Shown: positions 32,447 to 43,133, counted from the first letter of the stretch. The stretch is 64,000 bases of DNA from Acutalibacteraceae bacterium (GCA_045580545.1 JAZNOA010000007.1:65007-129006); one strand, 5' to 3'. A program made the numbers and translations. The notes: generated by a model from the sequence alone, not told the origin.

Positions 32447-33241
32447 CTATTGCAGTTTAGCAAACTCACCGGGTGAAATCCCGTATGTTTTGCGGAATAC
32501 CTTTGAAAAATATAAAGGGTCCGAAAATCCGCAGGAAAATGCGGTTGCTTTTACGGTTATTCCGTGGCTCAGCAGTTCTTTTGCCCGTTCCATACGGTAA
32601 TTTATAATATAAGCACCCGTAGAGATTTTGCAGTTGCTTATAAAACTACGATGCAGAGTGGCACGGCTGATATTAAGTTCCTTGCATATATAGTCAATAT
32701 TAAGTTCCTGCTTATGATAGGAACTTTGAATTATTGCACAGGCTGAATCAAAGTAGAAACTGTCCTTTGTTTTGTGAGAGAGGAGCGGGTGCAGTTCGGA
32801 ATATATTTTTAAAATTGAAAGTGCAATACTTTCCGGTGCTTCTGAAAACCGAAATATGCTATTGGGTGCACAAATACTGCATAGACAGTCAAATAAAGGC
32901 AGAATTGCTTCCTGTTCTATATAATCAATTACGCAGTTTCCGTCGCAGAATTCTGTTTTTTCGGTAATTAAGCGTGTGAAATTATCTCCTGTAAAATCTA
33001 TCCAAGTATACTCCCAGGGGTCATTACTGTCAGGATAGTAACTGATTTCCGTAAAAGGTCTAATAAGAAAACTTTGACCGGCGGTTATATGATATTTTTT
33101 TCCTTCACAAACATAATAACCGCTTCCGCGAATTATATAATGAATAATATAGGCAGTACGAAATTCGGGTCCACACGAGTGCATATCCGAACAATTTTGT
33201 CTGCCGGAAGCGATAAGTTTTGATTTTTCAAATTCTTCCAT
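32447..33241 (-). CDS. AraC-family transcriptional regulator
   Basis: Cupin-like N-terminus plus a C-terminal double HTH (...CGFSDPLYFSKVFRKTYGISPGEF). Confidence 0.85.
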   Translation of the reverse strand: MEEFEKSKLIASGRQNCSDMHSCGPEFRTAYIIHYIIRGSGYYVCEGKKYHITAGQSFLIRPFTEISYYPDSNDPWEYTWIDFTGDNFTRLITEKTEFCDGNCVIDYIEQEAILPLFDCLCSICAPNSIFRFSEAPESIALSILKIYSELHPLLSHKTKDSFYFDSACAIIQSSYHKQELNIDYICKELNISRATLHRSFISNCKISTGAYIINYRMERAKELLSHGITVKATAFSCGFSDPLYFSKVFRKTYGISPGEFAKLQ

Positions 33242-33362
33242 AAATAGTTATTCCCACCCCAATGAAACAATTTTCCATATAATTGAAATAATAAAACATT
33301 GAAAATAACCGTATTTACTTTTATTATAAGTTTACAATATTTTATTTAGGAGGTCAATAGAA

Positions 33363-34493
33363 ATGATTAAAAACACACCGCCTATGGGCTGGAACTCATG
33401 GAACACCTTTGGAGCAGACATCAATGAGCAGTTAATTTGTGACGCTGCCGACAAAATGGTCGAAACGGGACTTTCCGCTCTCGGATATGAATACATTGTA
33501 ATAGACGATTGCTGGTCCCTTAAAGAACGCGATGAAAACGGTCGCCTCGTAGCCGATCCCGAAAAATTCCCCAACGGTATGAAGGCAGTTGCCGATTATG
33601 TTCATTCAAAGGGTCTTAAATTCGGTATGTATTCCTGTGCGGGAAATCTTACCTGTGCCGGGTACCCGGGAAGTTTTGAGCATGAATTTGTTGATGCTGC
33701 AACCTTTGCAGAGTGGGGCGTAGACTTCCTTAAATATGATTATTGCTACCACAGCGATATAATCCACGGCAAATATCTCTACCGCCGTATGGGTTTGGCA
33801 CTTAAAAATTGCGGCAGAGACATTCTTTTAAGTGCCTGCTCTTGGGGAGCGGACAATACCGCCGAGTGGATTCGCGAAACAGGTGCAAATATGTGGCGTT
33901 CGACCGGCGATATTTTCGATACTTGGGAGTCGGTAAAAAAGTTGACCGACGAGCAGGACGCCATTCTTCCCTATGGCGGAGCGGGTTGCTTTAACGATAT
34001 GGATATGCTTGTTGTGGGAATGTACGGCAAGGGTAATGTAGGTCTTCAGGGACTTAACGATACTCAGTACAAAACTCACTTCTCTATTTGGGCTTTGTTC
34101 GGTTCTCCCCTTATGATAGGCTGTGATTTACGGAATATTAACAAGGAAACCCTTGATATTCTTTCAAATAAAGAACTTCTTAAAATCAATCAGGACGCCG
34201 ATTGCCGTCAGGTTTTCAAGTTGAATTTGACGTGGGGCGGTACGGATTTAAAAGGTTACGCCCGCAATCTTTCAAACGGCGATATAGCACTTGGCTTCTT
34301 CAATTTTAATGATAAAGAGGCTGTTGCAAGGCTCAATATCGACCAATTAGGCCTTCCCGAAAGCACAGGCAAGACCCTCGAAATGCAAGAGGTATGGACG
34401 GGTGAAACCGTAACAGTTAAGAACGGAACATTCATTGAGAAACTCGATGCCTTTGATAGTAAGGTATATCGCTGTAAGGTTGTTGACGCTTAA
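33363..34493 (+). CDS. Alpha-galactosidase (GH27)
   Basis: PPMGWNSWNTFG, IVIDDCW, KFGMYSCAG and FLKYDYC are classic GH27 motifs. Confidence 0.9.
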   Translation: MIKNTPPMGWNSWNTFGADINEQLICDAADKMVETGLSALGYEYIVIDDCWSLKERDENGRLVADPEKFPNGMKAVADYVHSKGLKFGMYSCAGNLTCAGYPGSFEHEFVDAATFAEWGVDFLKYDYCYHSDIIHGKYLYRRMGLALKNCGRDILLSACSWGADNTAEWIRETGANMWRSTGDIFDTWESVKKLTDEQDAILPYGGAGCFNDMDMLVVGMYGKGNVGLQGLNDTQYKTHFSIWALFGSPLMIGCDLRNINKETLDILSNKELLKINQDADCRQVFKLNLTWGGTDLKGYARNLSNGDIALGFFNFNDKEAVARLNIDQLGLPESTGKTLEMQEVWTGETVTVKNGTFIEKLDAFDSKVYRCKVVDA

Positions 34494-34684
34494 TGGAGCG
34501 CTGTATACATTGCGGAAAAGAACTCAAAAGTATTGACATAGGTGCTACCAAAAAGTTTATAAACCGAGGAAGTACTGAGTTTATGTGTAAATCCTGCCTT
34601 GCAAAGGACCTCAAGGTTCCCGAGGAACTTATAGACAAAAAAATCGAGTACTTCAAAAAACAGGGATGCACACTGTTTTTGTAA
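34493..34684 (+). CDS. Small zinc-ribbon protein
   Basis: 63 aa with CIHCGK...CKSC cysteine pairs. Start overlaps the stop of the GH27 gene. Confidence 0.5.
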   Translation: MERCIHCGKELKSIDIGATKKFINRGSTEFMCKSCLAKDLKVPEELIDKKIEYFKKQGCTLFL

Positions 34685-34872
34685 ATTTCCAAAAAAATCA
34701 ACTGCTGTTTGGCAGTTGATTTTTTTGCATTAAGGGAGCCCGAGGGGACGGTTCGAAACCACTGAAAAGGGGTGAGCCAATAATCGTTGATTTTCTTAAT
34801 AACAATATTGATTTTGCGATTGTATCATCATTTTAGTTTTAGTATAATGAAAGAAAAAACGGAGGTTTAGTT

Positions 34873-35889
34873 ATGAAACCGATTAAAGTTGTGCAATACG
34901 GAAGTTGGGGTATGACACACGCAGAGCATACAATGCTCACAATGCGAAGTCTTCCCGAGTATTTCGAGGTTGTCGGTTTTTGCCAACCAGACGAAGAACG
35001 CCTTAAATCCGCCTTGGAACGCCCTGCGTATCAAGGTATTCCAATCGTTTCAAAGGAGGAACTGCTTGCAGGTTTTCCCGCAGATGCCGTAATCGTTGAA
35101 ACCCACGAATTGGAGCAGGATAAGGATGCCCTTTTGTTTGCAAAGGCAGGTTATCATATTCATTCGGATAAGCCCTGCGGTGCTTCCGACGAGGTTTTTG
35201 CCGAACTTATGGAAACTGCCCGAAAAAACAACCTTGTTTTTCAAAACGGATATATGTATAGATATAATCCTGCGGTACAGAAAGCACTTGAAATTGTAAA
35301 GTCGGGTGAATTGGGTGAACTTATTTGTGTTGAAGCACAAATGAACCAGTGCTACCACGGTTTCGGGCGTAGTTGGTTAGGCGACCTTCCCGGAGGTATG
35401 ATGTTCTATCTCGGTTGCCATCTTGTGGACCTTGTGTATCAGTTTATGGGTGAACCGGACGAAGTGATTCCGATGAACAGGTCAACGGGTCTTGAATATG
35501 AAAATGTTACCGATTTCGGTTTGGCTATGCTCAAATACCCCCACGGCACTTCGATTATCAAAAGTGTGGCTTGTGAGGTTAGCGGCGACGCCAGAAGATA
35601 TCTTATGATTTCCGGTACTAAGGGTACAATTGAAATTAAACCTATTGAAAGCCCCTTTGAACTTGATGGTACCGTCTGCCCGAATAAAATATCTATGACT
35701 GTAACCCGCCCGGGTCACCCTGTTATGTTTGCCGACAGACCAGAAACCGTATCATTTCCGCCCTTTGGCCGATATGATGCAATGATGATTGATTTTGCTA
35801 AAACAGTTGCAGGAGAAAAACCCAACGAATTTGACTATGAAAAAGAACTTGCCGTACATAAATTGCTGACAAAGGTGTGCGGTAAATAA
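34873..35889 (+). CDS. Gfo/Idh/MocA-family oxidoreductase
   Basis: N-terminal Rossmann-like IKVVQYGSWGMTHAEH and typical length. Sits among sugar-utilisation genes. Confidence 0.75.
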   Translation: MKPIKVVQYGSWGMTHAEHTMLTMRSLPEYFEVVGFCQPDEERLKSALERPAYQGIPIVSKEELLAGFPADAVIVETHELEQDKDALLFAKAGYHIHSDKPCGASDEVFAELMETARKNNLVFQNGYMYRYNPAVQKALEIVKSGELGELICVEAQMNQCYHGFGRSWLGDLPGGMMFYLGCHLVDLVYQFMGEPDEVIPMNRSTGLEYENVTDFGLAMLKYPHGTSIIKSVACEVSGDARRYLMISGTKGTIEIKPIESPFELDGTVCPNKISMTVTRPGHPVMFADRPETVSFPPFGRYDAMMIDFAKTVAGEKPNEFDYEKELAVHKLLTKVCGK

Positions 35890-35915
35890 AATACAGATTA
35901 AAAAGATAACTTATT

Positions 35916-37769
35916 ATGAAAAACTTTATGATTGGGTGCAATTTTTGGGACTCAAAATCAGGAACCGATATGTGGCTGAACTTTGACGAAGAATCCCTCG
36001 CAAAAGACCTTAACGCACTTGCAGCAACGGGTATTAAATATATGCGTTGTTTCCCCAACTGGCGTGAGTTTCAGCCGGTTGTAGCATTGAAAGGTTGGGG
36101 TGGATTTCTAAATGAATACCGTCTTACCGGCGACCGTTTCCCCGAAAACGAGTATTATATTGACCCTGTAATGATTGAGCGTTTCAGAAAATTTGCCATG
36201 ATGGCACATGAGCGTAACATCAAACTCGTGGTTTCTGTGCTTACCGGATGGATGAGCGGAAGGCTTTTTTACCCGCAAATTCTTGAATCGAGGAATCTTA
36301 TAACCGACCCTTTGGCACTTATGTTTGAGGAAAAGTTTGTCAGAGGTTTTGTTACCTATACAAAAGACCTGCCCAATATTGTAATGTGGGATTTGGGTAA
36401 TGAATGTAACTGTATGGGTCAGGTGTCTAAACCCGAAGAGTCATATCATTGGACATCGACAATCCGAAATGCAATCCTTGCCGCCGACAGCAGCCGAAAA
36501 ATTTCTTCGGGTATGCACTCGCTCCGCTTTAATGAGACCGAACCCTGGTCAATCGGAGAACAGGGACTTCTTAGCGATATGCTTTCCAACCACCCTTATC
36601 CGTCCCCCACAGTCGGAGGGGATGTCGACCAGGCGAACCGCTTGAGAACCACTATGATTCCCACCGCTCAGTGCGAATATTATTCCGCTATTTCGGGCAA
36701 ACCCACAATGATTCAAGAGCAAGGAACCTTCAACGATATGCTTATTAACCGTGAGGGTGCCGCAGATTTTGCAAGAATAAATATCGCTTCTTCATACGCA
36801 AACGGATTCGGCGGATATTTCTGGTGGTGCTCCCACGAACATTTGAAACTTAATCAACCGCCCTATACTTGGTCTATGATAGAGCGTGAATTGGGTCTTT
36901 TGGATGCTGACCGAAATCCAAAACCTGTCGGAAAAGAGATTAAAAGAATGGGAGATTTGTTGGAGACACTTCCCGATATATCACCTAAAATTACCGATAG
37001 TGTAATTGTGCTTTCAAACGAGCAGGAACAGCAGCAGATTGGAATTACATCTTATATTTTAGCCAAGCGTGCAGGACTTACTCCCACCTTTGCTCATTAC
37101 AGGCACAATATTCCCGAAGCACCGTTTTACATACTTCCGTCAATCACCGGTTGGGCTCCTATGACAAAAGAATGTTACGATACACTTATTGAACGTGTAA
37201 TGAAGGGTGCAACCTTGCTTATCACGGTTAATACGGGTATGTTATGCGAATTTGAAAAAATTACAGGACTTCGCTCGGCAGGTATGACCTCGGGCGGAAA
37301 AGGAACCTTTACCCTCGACGGTCAGGAACTTCCCTTTGAGTACGGAAAGAAATATCACCTTTCCTCTATCGGAGCCAAAGTCCTTGCAACCGCCGAGGAC
37401 GGAAATGTTATCCTCTCAGAAAACACACTGGGCAAAGGCAAATTATTGTTCCTGAATTTCCCTCTTGAATTAAACCTTTGGAAACATCAGGGTGCTTACG
37501 AAAAGAGTGAGCCTACTTATCATCATATTTATGAGGTTGCCGCAAAGGACATCCTCGCAAATAAGCCGATGAAGTGCCTCAGCCCGGATATAGCCTTGAC
37601 ACTCCACGAGGAGGTTGACGGCTACTATGCGGTCGCAGTTAACTATATGAACGAAACGGCGGACAGCGAAGTTTCCCTTGCCAACGGCTGGAAATTAGAG
37701 CCTGTTTACGGCGATTTCACCGCGGTTGAAGGTTGCGGTATGGCAGTCGGAAAAATTGTTAAAAAATAA
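35916..37769 (+). CDS. Glycoside hydrolase (TIM-barrel, GH5/GH42-like architecture)
   Basis: NFWDS...MRCFPNWREFQP and WDLGNECN (catalytic acid/base-like NE) in the N-terminal barrel, plus a large C-terminal extension. Confidence 0.65.
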   Translation: MKNFMIGCNFWDSKSGTDMWLNFDEESLAKDLNALAATGIKYMRCFPNWREFQPVVALKGWGGFLNEYRLTGDRFPENEYYIDPVMIERFRKFAMMAHERNIKLVVSVLTGWMSGRLFYPQILESRNLITDPLALMFEEKFVRGFVTYTKDLPNIVMWDLGNECNCMGQVSKPEESYHWTSTIRNAILAADSSRKISSGMHSLRFNETEPWSIGEQGLLSDMLSNHPYPSPTVGGDVDQANRLRTTMIPTAQCEYYSAISGKPTMIQEQGTFNDMLINREGAADFARINIASSYANGFGGYFWWCSHEHLKLNQPPYTWSMIERELGLLDADRNPKPVGKEIKRMGDLLETLPDISPKITDSVIVLSNEQEQQQIGITSYILAKRAGLTPTFAHYRHNIPEAPFYILPSITGWAPMTKECYDTLIERVMKGATLLITVNTGMLCEFEKITGLRSAGMTSGGKGTFTLDGQELPFEYGKKYHLSSIGAKVLATAEDGNVILSENTLGKGKLLFLNFPLELNLWKHQGAYEKSEPTYHHIYEVAAKDILANKPMKCLSPDIALTLHEEVDGYYAVAVNYMNETADSEVSLANGWKLEPVYGDFTAVEGCGMAVGKIVKK

Positions 37770-37782
37770 AACAGGCTATAAA

Positions 37783-37810
37783 AACACCACTCTTGCGAGT
37801 GGTGTTTTTT
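37783..37810. terminator. Bidirectional terminator between convergent genes
   Basis: aacaccactc ttgc gagtggtgtt followed by a T run, with an A run upstream. Confidence 0.6.
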
Positions 37811-37814
37811 GATA

Positions 37815-38810
37815 TCAGTCAAGTTTACTCCAGTCAAACTGAACTCCGATTGGGAATTTCTTTGCGGCTAATCTTGAGTAAACTTCGGTTGCTTCTGCGG
37901 GAGAATGTTGTTCGCTGATTATGGGACCGAAATCGAGTCTTCCGGCCGAGAGATATGAAAGTATTACACGGCAATCATCCATTTCGGTGAAAACACCCGA
38001 ATGTGACTCAAGGGTGGGTCTCGCTCCGCTGTGGGCACCGATAAGTTCAATGCCCGGACGATGCACATCATTATAAAAATCAACTTCGGTCATATCACGA
38101 GTGCAGCCGAGCAAAATAACCCTACCGAATTTTGCCGTTACAGATAACACCTGCTTTAAGGCATTAGGGTTGCCGGTTACTTCTATTGCCGAATTTACAC
38201 CGCCGCCGAATGATTTGCACTGTTCGGCAAATGTTGGATCTGATGGGTCAAGTACAATATCCGCACCGAGTTTTTTTGCAAGTTCTCTGCGTTCCGGCAG
38301 GAAATCAGCGGCTATAACAGGGTAAGCACCCGAAAGTTTGGCAAACTGAACTGCAAAAAGACCGAGTATGCCAAGACCTGTTACGAGGCAACTTTCACCA
38401 AGGCAAATCTTTGCTTTGCGGATTGCCGACAGAGAAAAGCCGGCAATCACCGGAAGTGCCGCCTCCTCAAGGGAAACGTTATGGGGAATCGGCACGATTT
38501 CCTTTATGGGAACTGTGCAATACTGCTGATGTCCTCCCCCGTGCACCAAAACACGGTCTCCTACTTTATATTCCGAGACATCGGGACCGATATCTGTGAT
38601 AATTCCGCTGCCGCTATATCCCGAACTTGAGGGAAAACCGAAGCGGAAATTTTCTCCGCCCTCTTCATTTCCCGTAAGCAATGCTCGTTCGGTTCCGGCA
38701 CTAACAGTGGAAAAAGCCAGTTTTATTCGTACTTCACCGCTTTTGGGGGCTCTGTCCTCCACCTCAACAAGTTCTGCGGTATCTTTTTTGGTGAAAACTA
38801 TTTTCTTCAT
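37815..38810 (-). CDS. Zinc-type alcohol dehydrogenase / MDR-family oxidoreductase
   Basis: GVGDRVLVHGGGHQQY and the Rossmann motif VTGLGILGLFAVQFAKLSGA. Confidence 0.8.
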   Translation of the reverse strand: MKKIVFTKKDTAELVEVEDRAPKSGEVRIKLAFSTVSAGTERALLTGNEEGGENFRFGFPSSSGYSGSGIITDIGPDVSEYKVGDRVLVHGGGHQQYCTVPIKEIVPIPHNVSLEEAALPVIAGFSLSAIRKAKICLGESCLVTGLGILGLFAVQFAKLSGAYPVIAADFLPERRELAKKLGADIVLDPSDPTFAEQCKSFGGGVNSAIEVTGNPNALKQVLSVTAKFGRVILLGCTRDMTEVDFYNDVHRPGIELIGAHSGARPTLESHSGVFTEMDDCRVILSYLSAGRLDFGPIISEQHSPAEATEVYSRLAAKKFPIGVQFDWSKLD

Positions 38811-38851
38811 TTTTTCTCTCCTTGAAAAATATTCAAAAATAATATATAATC

Positions 38852-39066
38852 ATTATAATGGTTATAGTTAGTCGAAATAGTGATAAAAACGCTATTTCGA
38901 CACCAAATCTTCGATTTGGGATCAAATTTTCAAAGAAAATTTGACTATACCCATTGCAATGAATATCGAGCGAATTAAAATGAACATTCATTTTAATTCG
39001 CAAAAACCGATAAAATCGGTTTGTCGAAACGCTTTTCTGCGTTTCGAAATTCTATATTCATTATAG
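38852..39066 (+). repeat. 215-bp hairpin-mosaic MITE-like element, copy 1
   Basis: Imperfect terminal inverted repeats tataatggttatag / ctatattcattata. Six consecutive internal hairpins. Reverse-complement copy at 43248-43462. Confidence 0.8.
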
Positions 39067-39120
39067 TATGATTAAGAACCGAAAACAATGATTAAATCAA
39101 TTAGAAAGGTAAGATAATCA

Positions 39121-39951
39121 ATGGAAAATATATCGAAAAAACCATACCTACTTGCCACTTTTAATGATTATCGTACTAATGAACCCATTGTATTTTCAAC
39201 ACGAAAATATCCAAAAGAAAAAATAACACCCATTCACTGGCACAACTATTTGGAACTTGAGATAATTAAGGAAGGTTCTGCCCACCATATTGTCGCAAAC
39301 GGAACCTACGAAATTTCAAAGGGCTCGGCTTACATAATGACCGGAAGTGACTTTCACTCAATTGAACCAACAACCGACTTCACCATTCTGAATTTAGCAA
39401 TTGCAAGAGGTGTAATCGACAAAAATTTGGAAAATTTTCTCACTAATTCCATCAGTAAATTTCACTGTGCGCTTGAAAGAGAACATTTTGAATACATTGT
39501 GAATCTTTTTGATAAAGCAGAAAAAGAAACCTGTGATAAACCTTTTTCGGCAATTCTGAAGAAAAGCATTGCCGAGGAGTTGATAATATATGTGATACGT
39601 GCTTCCGGAAATGATATTGAAGCAACAAATCCCCCGCTCATACAAAAAGCCGTGAATTTAATCAACAAACGGTTTTTAGAACAATTGACCCTTAAACAGG
39701 TCGCCGAAGAGTTGTTTGTGTCACCCAATTATCTCGGTCTGATTTTTAAAAATATGGTTGGCGTTCCTTTTAATTCATACCTCACAATGACACGGCTTAA
39801 ATACGCCTGCGTTTTACTGGATTCCACTAATAAAACAGTCAAAGAAATCGCAGACGACAGTGGATTTAGTTCCACAGAATACTTTCTGTCAAGATTTAAA
39901 AAGTTTATGAAATGCACCCCGTCTGAATACCGAAAACTCAATTACAAATAA
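39121..39951 (+). CDS. AraC-family transcriptional regulator
   Basis: Cupin-like N-terminus (IHWHNYLELEII) and a C-terminal HTH pair (...SGFSSTEYFLSRFKKFMKCTPSEY). Confidence 0.85.
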   Translation: MENISKKPYLLATFNDYRTNEPIVFSTRKYPKEKITPIHWHNYLELEIIKEGSAHHIVANGTYEISKGSAYIMTGSDFHSIEPTTDFTILNLAIARGVIDKNLENFLTNSISKFHCALEREHFEYIVNLFDKAEKETCDKPFSAILKKSIAEELIIYVIRASGNDIEATNPPLIQKAVNLINKRFLEQLTLKQVAEELFVSPNYLGLIFKNMVGVPFNSYLTMTRLKYACVLLDSTNKTVKEIADDSGFSSTEYFLSRFKKFMKCTPSEYRKLNYK

Positions 39952-40212
39952 TGATTAGCATCTTTAAAAAACAACCAACCCGAATGCTTCGTTTAAAGGT
40001 AACAAATTTGCAAAACACAACCCGTTTATACCGAAAACGAATTCGCTATACTGAATGTTGTAACGTCTGATCAAATATGGAGAGAACAGGGGATATGTCA
40101 ATATCTGAAATACAATACAATTTATTAAATAGCGTCTCCCATCATAATGATTGTTTTTAGAACGCTTGGTTTGGTTTATAAATTAGCATAAAAAACATCG
40201 CAACTTCCTTGA

Positions 40213-40274
40213 TTATAATGAATGTAGAATGTCAAAACGCAGAAAAGCGTTTCGACTGACTATAACCATTATAA
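40213..40274 (-). repeat. 62-bp internally deleted mini copy of the MITE-like element
   Basis: ttataatgaatgtagaatgtcaaaacgcagaaaagcgtttcgac is joined directly to tgactataaccattataa. Both element ends are fused at the tcgac stems. Confidence 0.7.
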
Positions 40275-40326
40275 GGAATTGCGGTGTTTTCTGTTTGGCT
40301 TAAAAAAGTTGGTGTTCCGTTATAAA

Positions 40327-40476
40327 TTATAAATTGTACCGAAAAACATCTTTTTTGCCAATTATGTTACCGCTTTTCACCTGTAGTTCTACGAGCAGAT
40401 CAATGGCTTCGCTCTTGGATTTCGGAGAAGCATTGAGTTCAATGCTTTCCTTTTTGAGTAGGTCAACAATTCGCAT
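40327..40476 (-). pseudogene. Truncated PTS fructose-type EIIA N-terminus (fruA remnant)
   Basis: Hand translation MRIVDLLKKESIELNASPKSKSEAIDLLVELQVKSGNIIGKKDVFRYNL-stop. It starts 25 nt after the fruK stop. The PTS EIIA(Fru/Ntr)-like N-terminus breaks off after 49 aa. Confidence 0.5.
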
Positions 40477-40500
40477 AGATTTTCCACCTAAAATTTATTT

Positions 40501-41400
40501 TCAGAGTGTATTAAACAACTCTGTAATTTTGTCTTTGGTGGCAAGTCCGTCTGAAAATGCGGTGGCACCTCCTGCGGCAGTTGCGAGTTTTAAAGCATAT
40601 TCATAATCTCCGCTTTGTATTCCGGCAGTAAAGCCTGCTACCATGGAGTCACCGGCACCCACAGAATTTTTAACCTTACCTTTGCACACGCCCATACGGT
40701 GCATTTTTCCTGTTTCGTCTATGAGCATGGAGCCGTCTCCTGCCATGGAAATAAGTACATTAACAGCCCCCATATCCTGCAATTTCCTTGCATATTTTTC
40801 TATTTTTTCATCGGTTTGAAGCGTCACACCGAACATATCGCCCAGTTCGTGGTTGTTGGGTTTTACCAAAAAGGGTTTAAATTTCAGTACATTGAGCAGT
40901 AAATCTTTAGTTGCGTCAACAATAACCCTTATTTTTTTATCCGAGAGCCGTTCAAGTATTTTCTCGTAAATATCGGCGGGGAGAGACGAGGGAATACTAC
41001 CCGCTAAAATAAGGGTGTCGCCGTCGGTTAAAGCGTCAAGTTTTTGGAAGAGAAGCGTTACCGATTCATCGTCAATGTGCGGTCCCTGACCGTTAATTTC
41101 GGTTTCTTCTAAACACTTCAATTTAACGTTAATTCGGGAGTTTCCGGTCTTTAGGTGAACAAAATCCGTATCAACTTTCAAATCCTTAAGACCTTTTTCG
41201 ATTGCTTCACCTGTAAATCCTGCGACAAATCCAAATGCCTTTGAATTTACACCGAGTTCTTTCAAAACTACCGAAACGTTTATTCCTTTTCCGCCGAAAT
41301 ACATTTCTTCGCTGTCGGAATGGTTAGTAGCACCCACCCGAATATCTTTGATATGAACCACATAGTCAATAGCGGGATTAAAGGTAACTGTATATACCAT
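40501..41400 (-). CDS. fruK: 1-phosphofructokinase (PfkB family)
   Basis: MVYTVTFNPAIDY N-terminus, C-terminal GAGDSMVAGF, and DeoR/fruR context. Confidence 0.85.
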   Translation of the reverse strand: MVYTVTFNPAIDYVVHIKDIRVGATNHSDSEEMYFGGKGINVSVVLKELGVNSKAFGFVAGFTGEAIEKGLKDLKVDTDFVHLKTGNSRINVKLKCLEETEINGQGPHIDDESVTLLFQKLDALTDGDTLILAGSIPSSLPADIYEKILERLSDKKIRVIVDATKDLLLNVLKFKPFLVKPNNHELGDMFGVTLQTDEKIEKYARKLQDMGAVNVLISMAGDGSMLIDETGKMHRMGVCKGKVKNSVGAGDSMVAGFTAGIQSGDYEYALKLATAAGGATAFSDGLATKDKITELFNTL

Positions 41401-42159
41401 TTACAAAACCTCCTTAATATTTGATTTTGCTGTGTATTTTTTGTTATTTAGTTTATCGGTTATGATTTGCACGCATTCCGTTTGCGTAAAGGTAACCGAC
41501 GCAATTTGGTCAAATTTTGAGTGGTCTGCCAAAACGTATGCCATGCGACTGCGGTTTATGGCAGTTTCCTTAACCAAAGCCTCGTTGCGGTCGGGAGTTG
41601 ATATACCGGCAGTCAGCGATATACCGTTTGCACCCATAAAACATTTGGAAAAATTATAATTCTGAAGGCTCCTCACACATTCCGCACCGATAATCGCTTC
41701 GGTGGTTTTCTTGATTTCCCCAGCAGGAACGTATGTTTTAAAACCTTTTAACGCTAATTTCTTTGCGTGAACAAAACCGTTTGTCACAAAAGTGACATCC
41801 TTTTCGGGAAGAAAATCTATCAACTTCTCGGTGGTTGTGCCCGCATCTATAAAACAAAAGTCGCCGTTTTCAATCAGCGAGGCTGCATACCGTGCTATGG
41901 CAGTCTTTTCCTCGGTAAAAAGTTTTGATTTTGCCTCCACATCGTGCTCGACTAAGTTAAGCGAGCGTTCTTCAATTGAAATGGCACCGCCGTGAACCTT
42001 TTTTATAAGCCCCCGTTCATCCAATGCGGATAAATCACGCCGCACCGTGGATTCCGAAGCGTTCAACATAGCACAAAGTTCAGGTAACTTCACACTTCGG
42101 TTTTGTTTCACCGTTTTAAGTATCTTTTCATATCTTTCTTCAGTTAGCAAAATGAACAC
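41401..42159 (-). CDS. fruR: DeoR-family transcriptional regulator
   Basis: N-terminal HTH ELCAMLNASESTVRRDLSALDERGLIKKVHGG plus a sugar-binding C-terminus. Confidence 0.85.
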   Translation of the reverse strand: MFILLTEERYEKILKTVKQNRSVKLPELCAMLNASESTVRRDLSALDERGLIKKVHGGAISIEERSLNLVEHDVEAKSKLFTEEKTAIARYAASLIENGDFCFIDAGTTTEKLIDFLPEKDVTFVTNGFVHAKKLALKGFKTYVPAGEIKKTTEAIIGAECVRSLQNYNFSKCFMGANGISLTAGISTPDRNEALVKETAINRSRMAYVLADHSKFDQIASVTFTQTECVQIITDKLNNKKYTAKSNIKEVL

Positions 42160-42494
42160 CCCTTGGTCGACTGATTGACTGTTTTTGAATGGTATTGACT
42201 GTTTTCACAATTACATTAACACCTAAAAATGAAAAAATCAATAGATTTCTTTCAAAAACTTCCAAGAACAGTCAAATTTGCGACATCTCATAATTAGAAT
42301 ATGAGATATCTGTGCATTTTAACTATAAAAATTTATTAAAATATAATAAAAATTATTATAATTATTATATTATATTAGAAAAATGCGAATATGAGCCTTT
42401 TACTGAAATAAAACAAAAATTTCCCTACGGAAAGATGAATTCCATAGGGAAGAGAATAACATAATATTAGGATTTAACAGGTGTTTTTATTGTT

Positions 42495-43133
42495 TTAAGA
42501 ACAAAATCTGTGGGAGCCGATAGTGGTGATTATGGGTCGGCTGAAAATCCATTTGTTTGTTGATTTTTGCGGGTTATAATAATAAATTGCACCGCCTGAC
42601 GGGTCAAGCCCGTTTATGGCGTCGGTGGCGGCTTTGTATGCACTTTCGCTTACGGGTTCATTAAACTGTCCGTCATAAAGGCAGGAGAAAGCGCCCTGCT
42701 GATAAACGACACCCGAAAGGGTATCGGGGAAGGAGGGGTGTTCCACTCGGTTAAGCACCACCGCTCCCACTGCTACTTGACCCATATAGGGCTCACCTCT
42801 GGCTTCTGCCGATATAATTCTTGCCAGAAGATTATAATCCGATGAATTGCCTGTGTCATCAGCGCCGTAAATTCCCATTGCCGCCAGAGTGTTTTTGCCG
42901 GCAATTCCGTCGGCGGTGAGTCCGTTTTTCTTTTGAAAGGCTATGACCGATTTTTTTGTTTCGGACCCGAAAATTCCGTCTATTTGCCCCTCGTAATATC
43001 CCCAGTTTTTAAGTTTTTTCTGTATTTGCTTTACCTCTTCGGACTGTGAACCGAACTTTGACAGAGAAAAAACGGTTAGGGAAGACAGACATAAAACCAA
43101 AATAAAGGAAATAATAATTTTAATAACCTTCAA
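42495..43133 (-). CDS. sleB: Spore cortex-lytic enzyme (SleB/CwlJ-type cell wall hydrolase with a PG-binding domain)
   Basis: Signal peptide; PG_binding_1-like VKQIQKKLKNWGYYEGQIDGIFG; hydrolase domain ARIISAEARGEPYMGQVAVGAVVLNRV. Confidence 0.8.
   Translation of the reverse strand: MKVIKIIISFILVLCLSSLTVFSLSKFGSQSEEVKQIQKKLKNWGYYEGQIDGIFGSETKKSVIAFQKKNGLTADGIAGKNTLAAMGIYGADDTGNSSDYNLLARIISAEARGEPYMGQVAVGAVVLNRVEHPSFPDTLSGVVYQQGAFSCLYDGQFNEPVSESAYKAATDAINGLDPSGGAIYYYNPQKSTNKWIFSRPIITTIGSHRFCS

Noticed and set aside
33332-34079. Short ORFs on both strands overlapping the start and interior of the GH27 gene
   Set aside because: They overlap a strongly supported CDS and have no independent signals.
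40334-40606. 90-aa plus-strand ORF
   Set aside because: It is antisense to the fruA remnant and the end of fruK, and no support was found.
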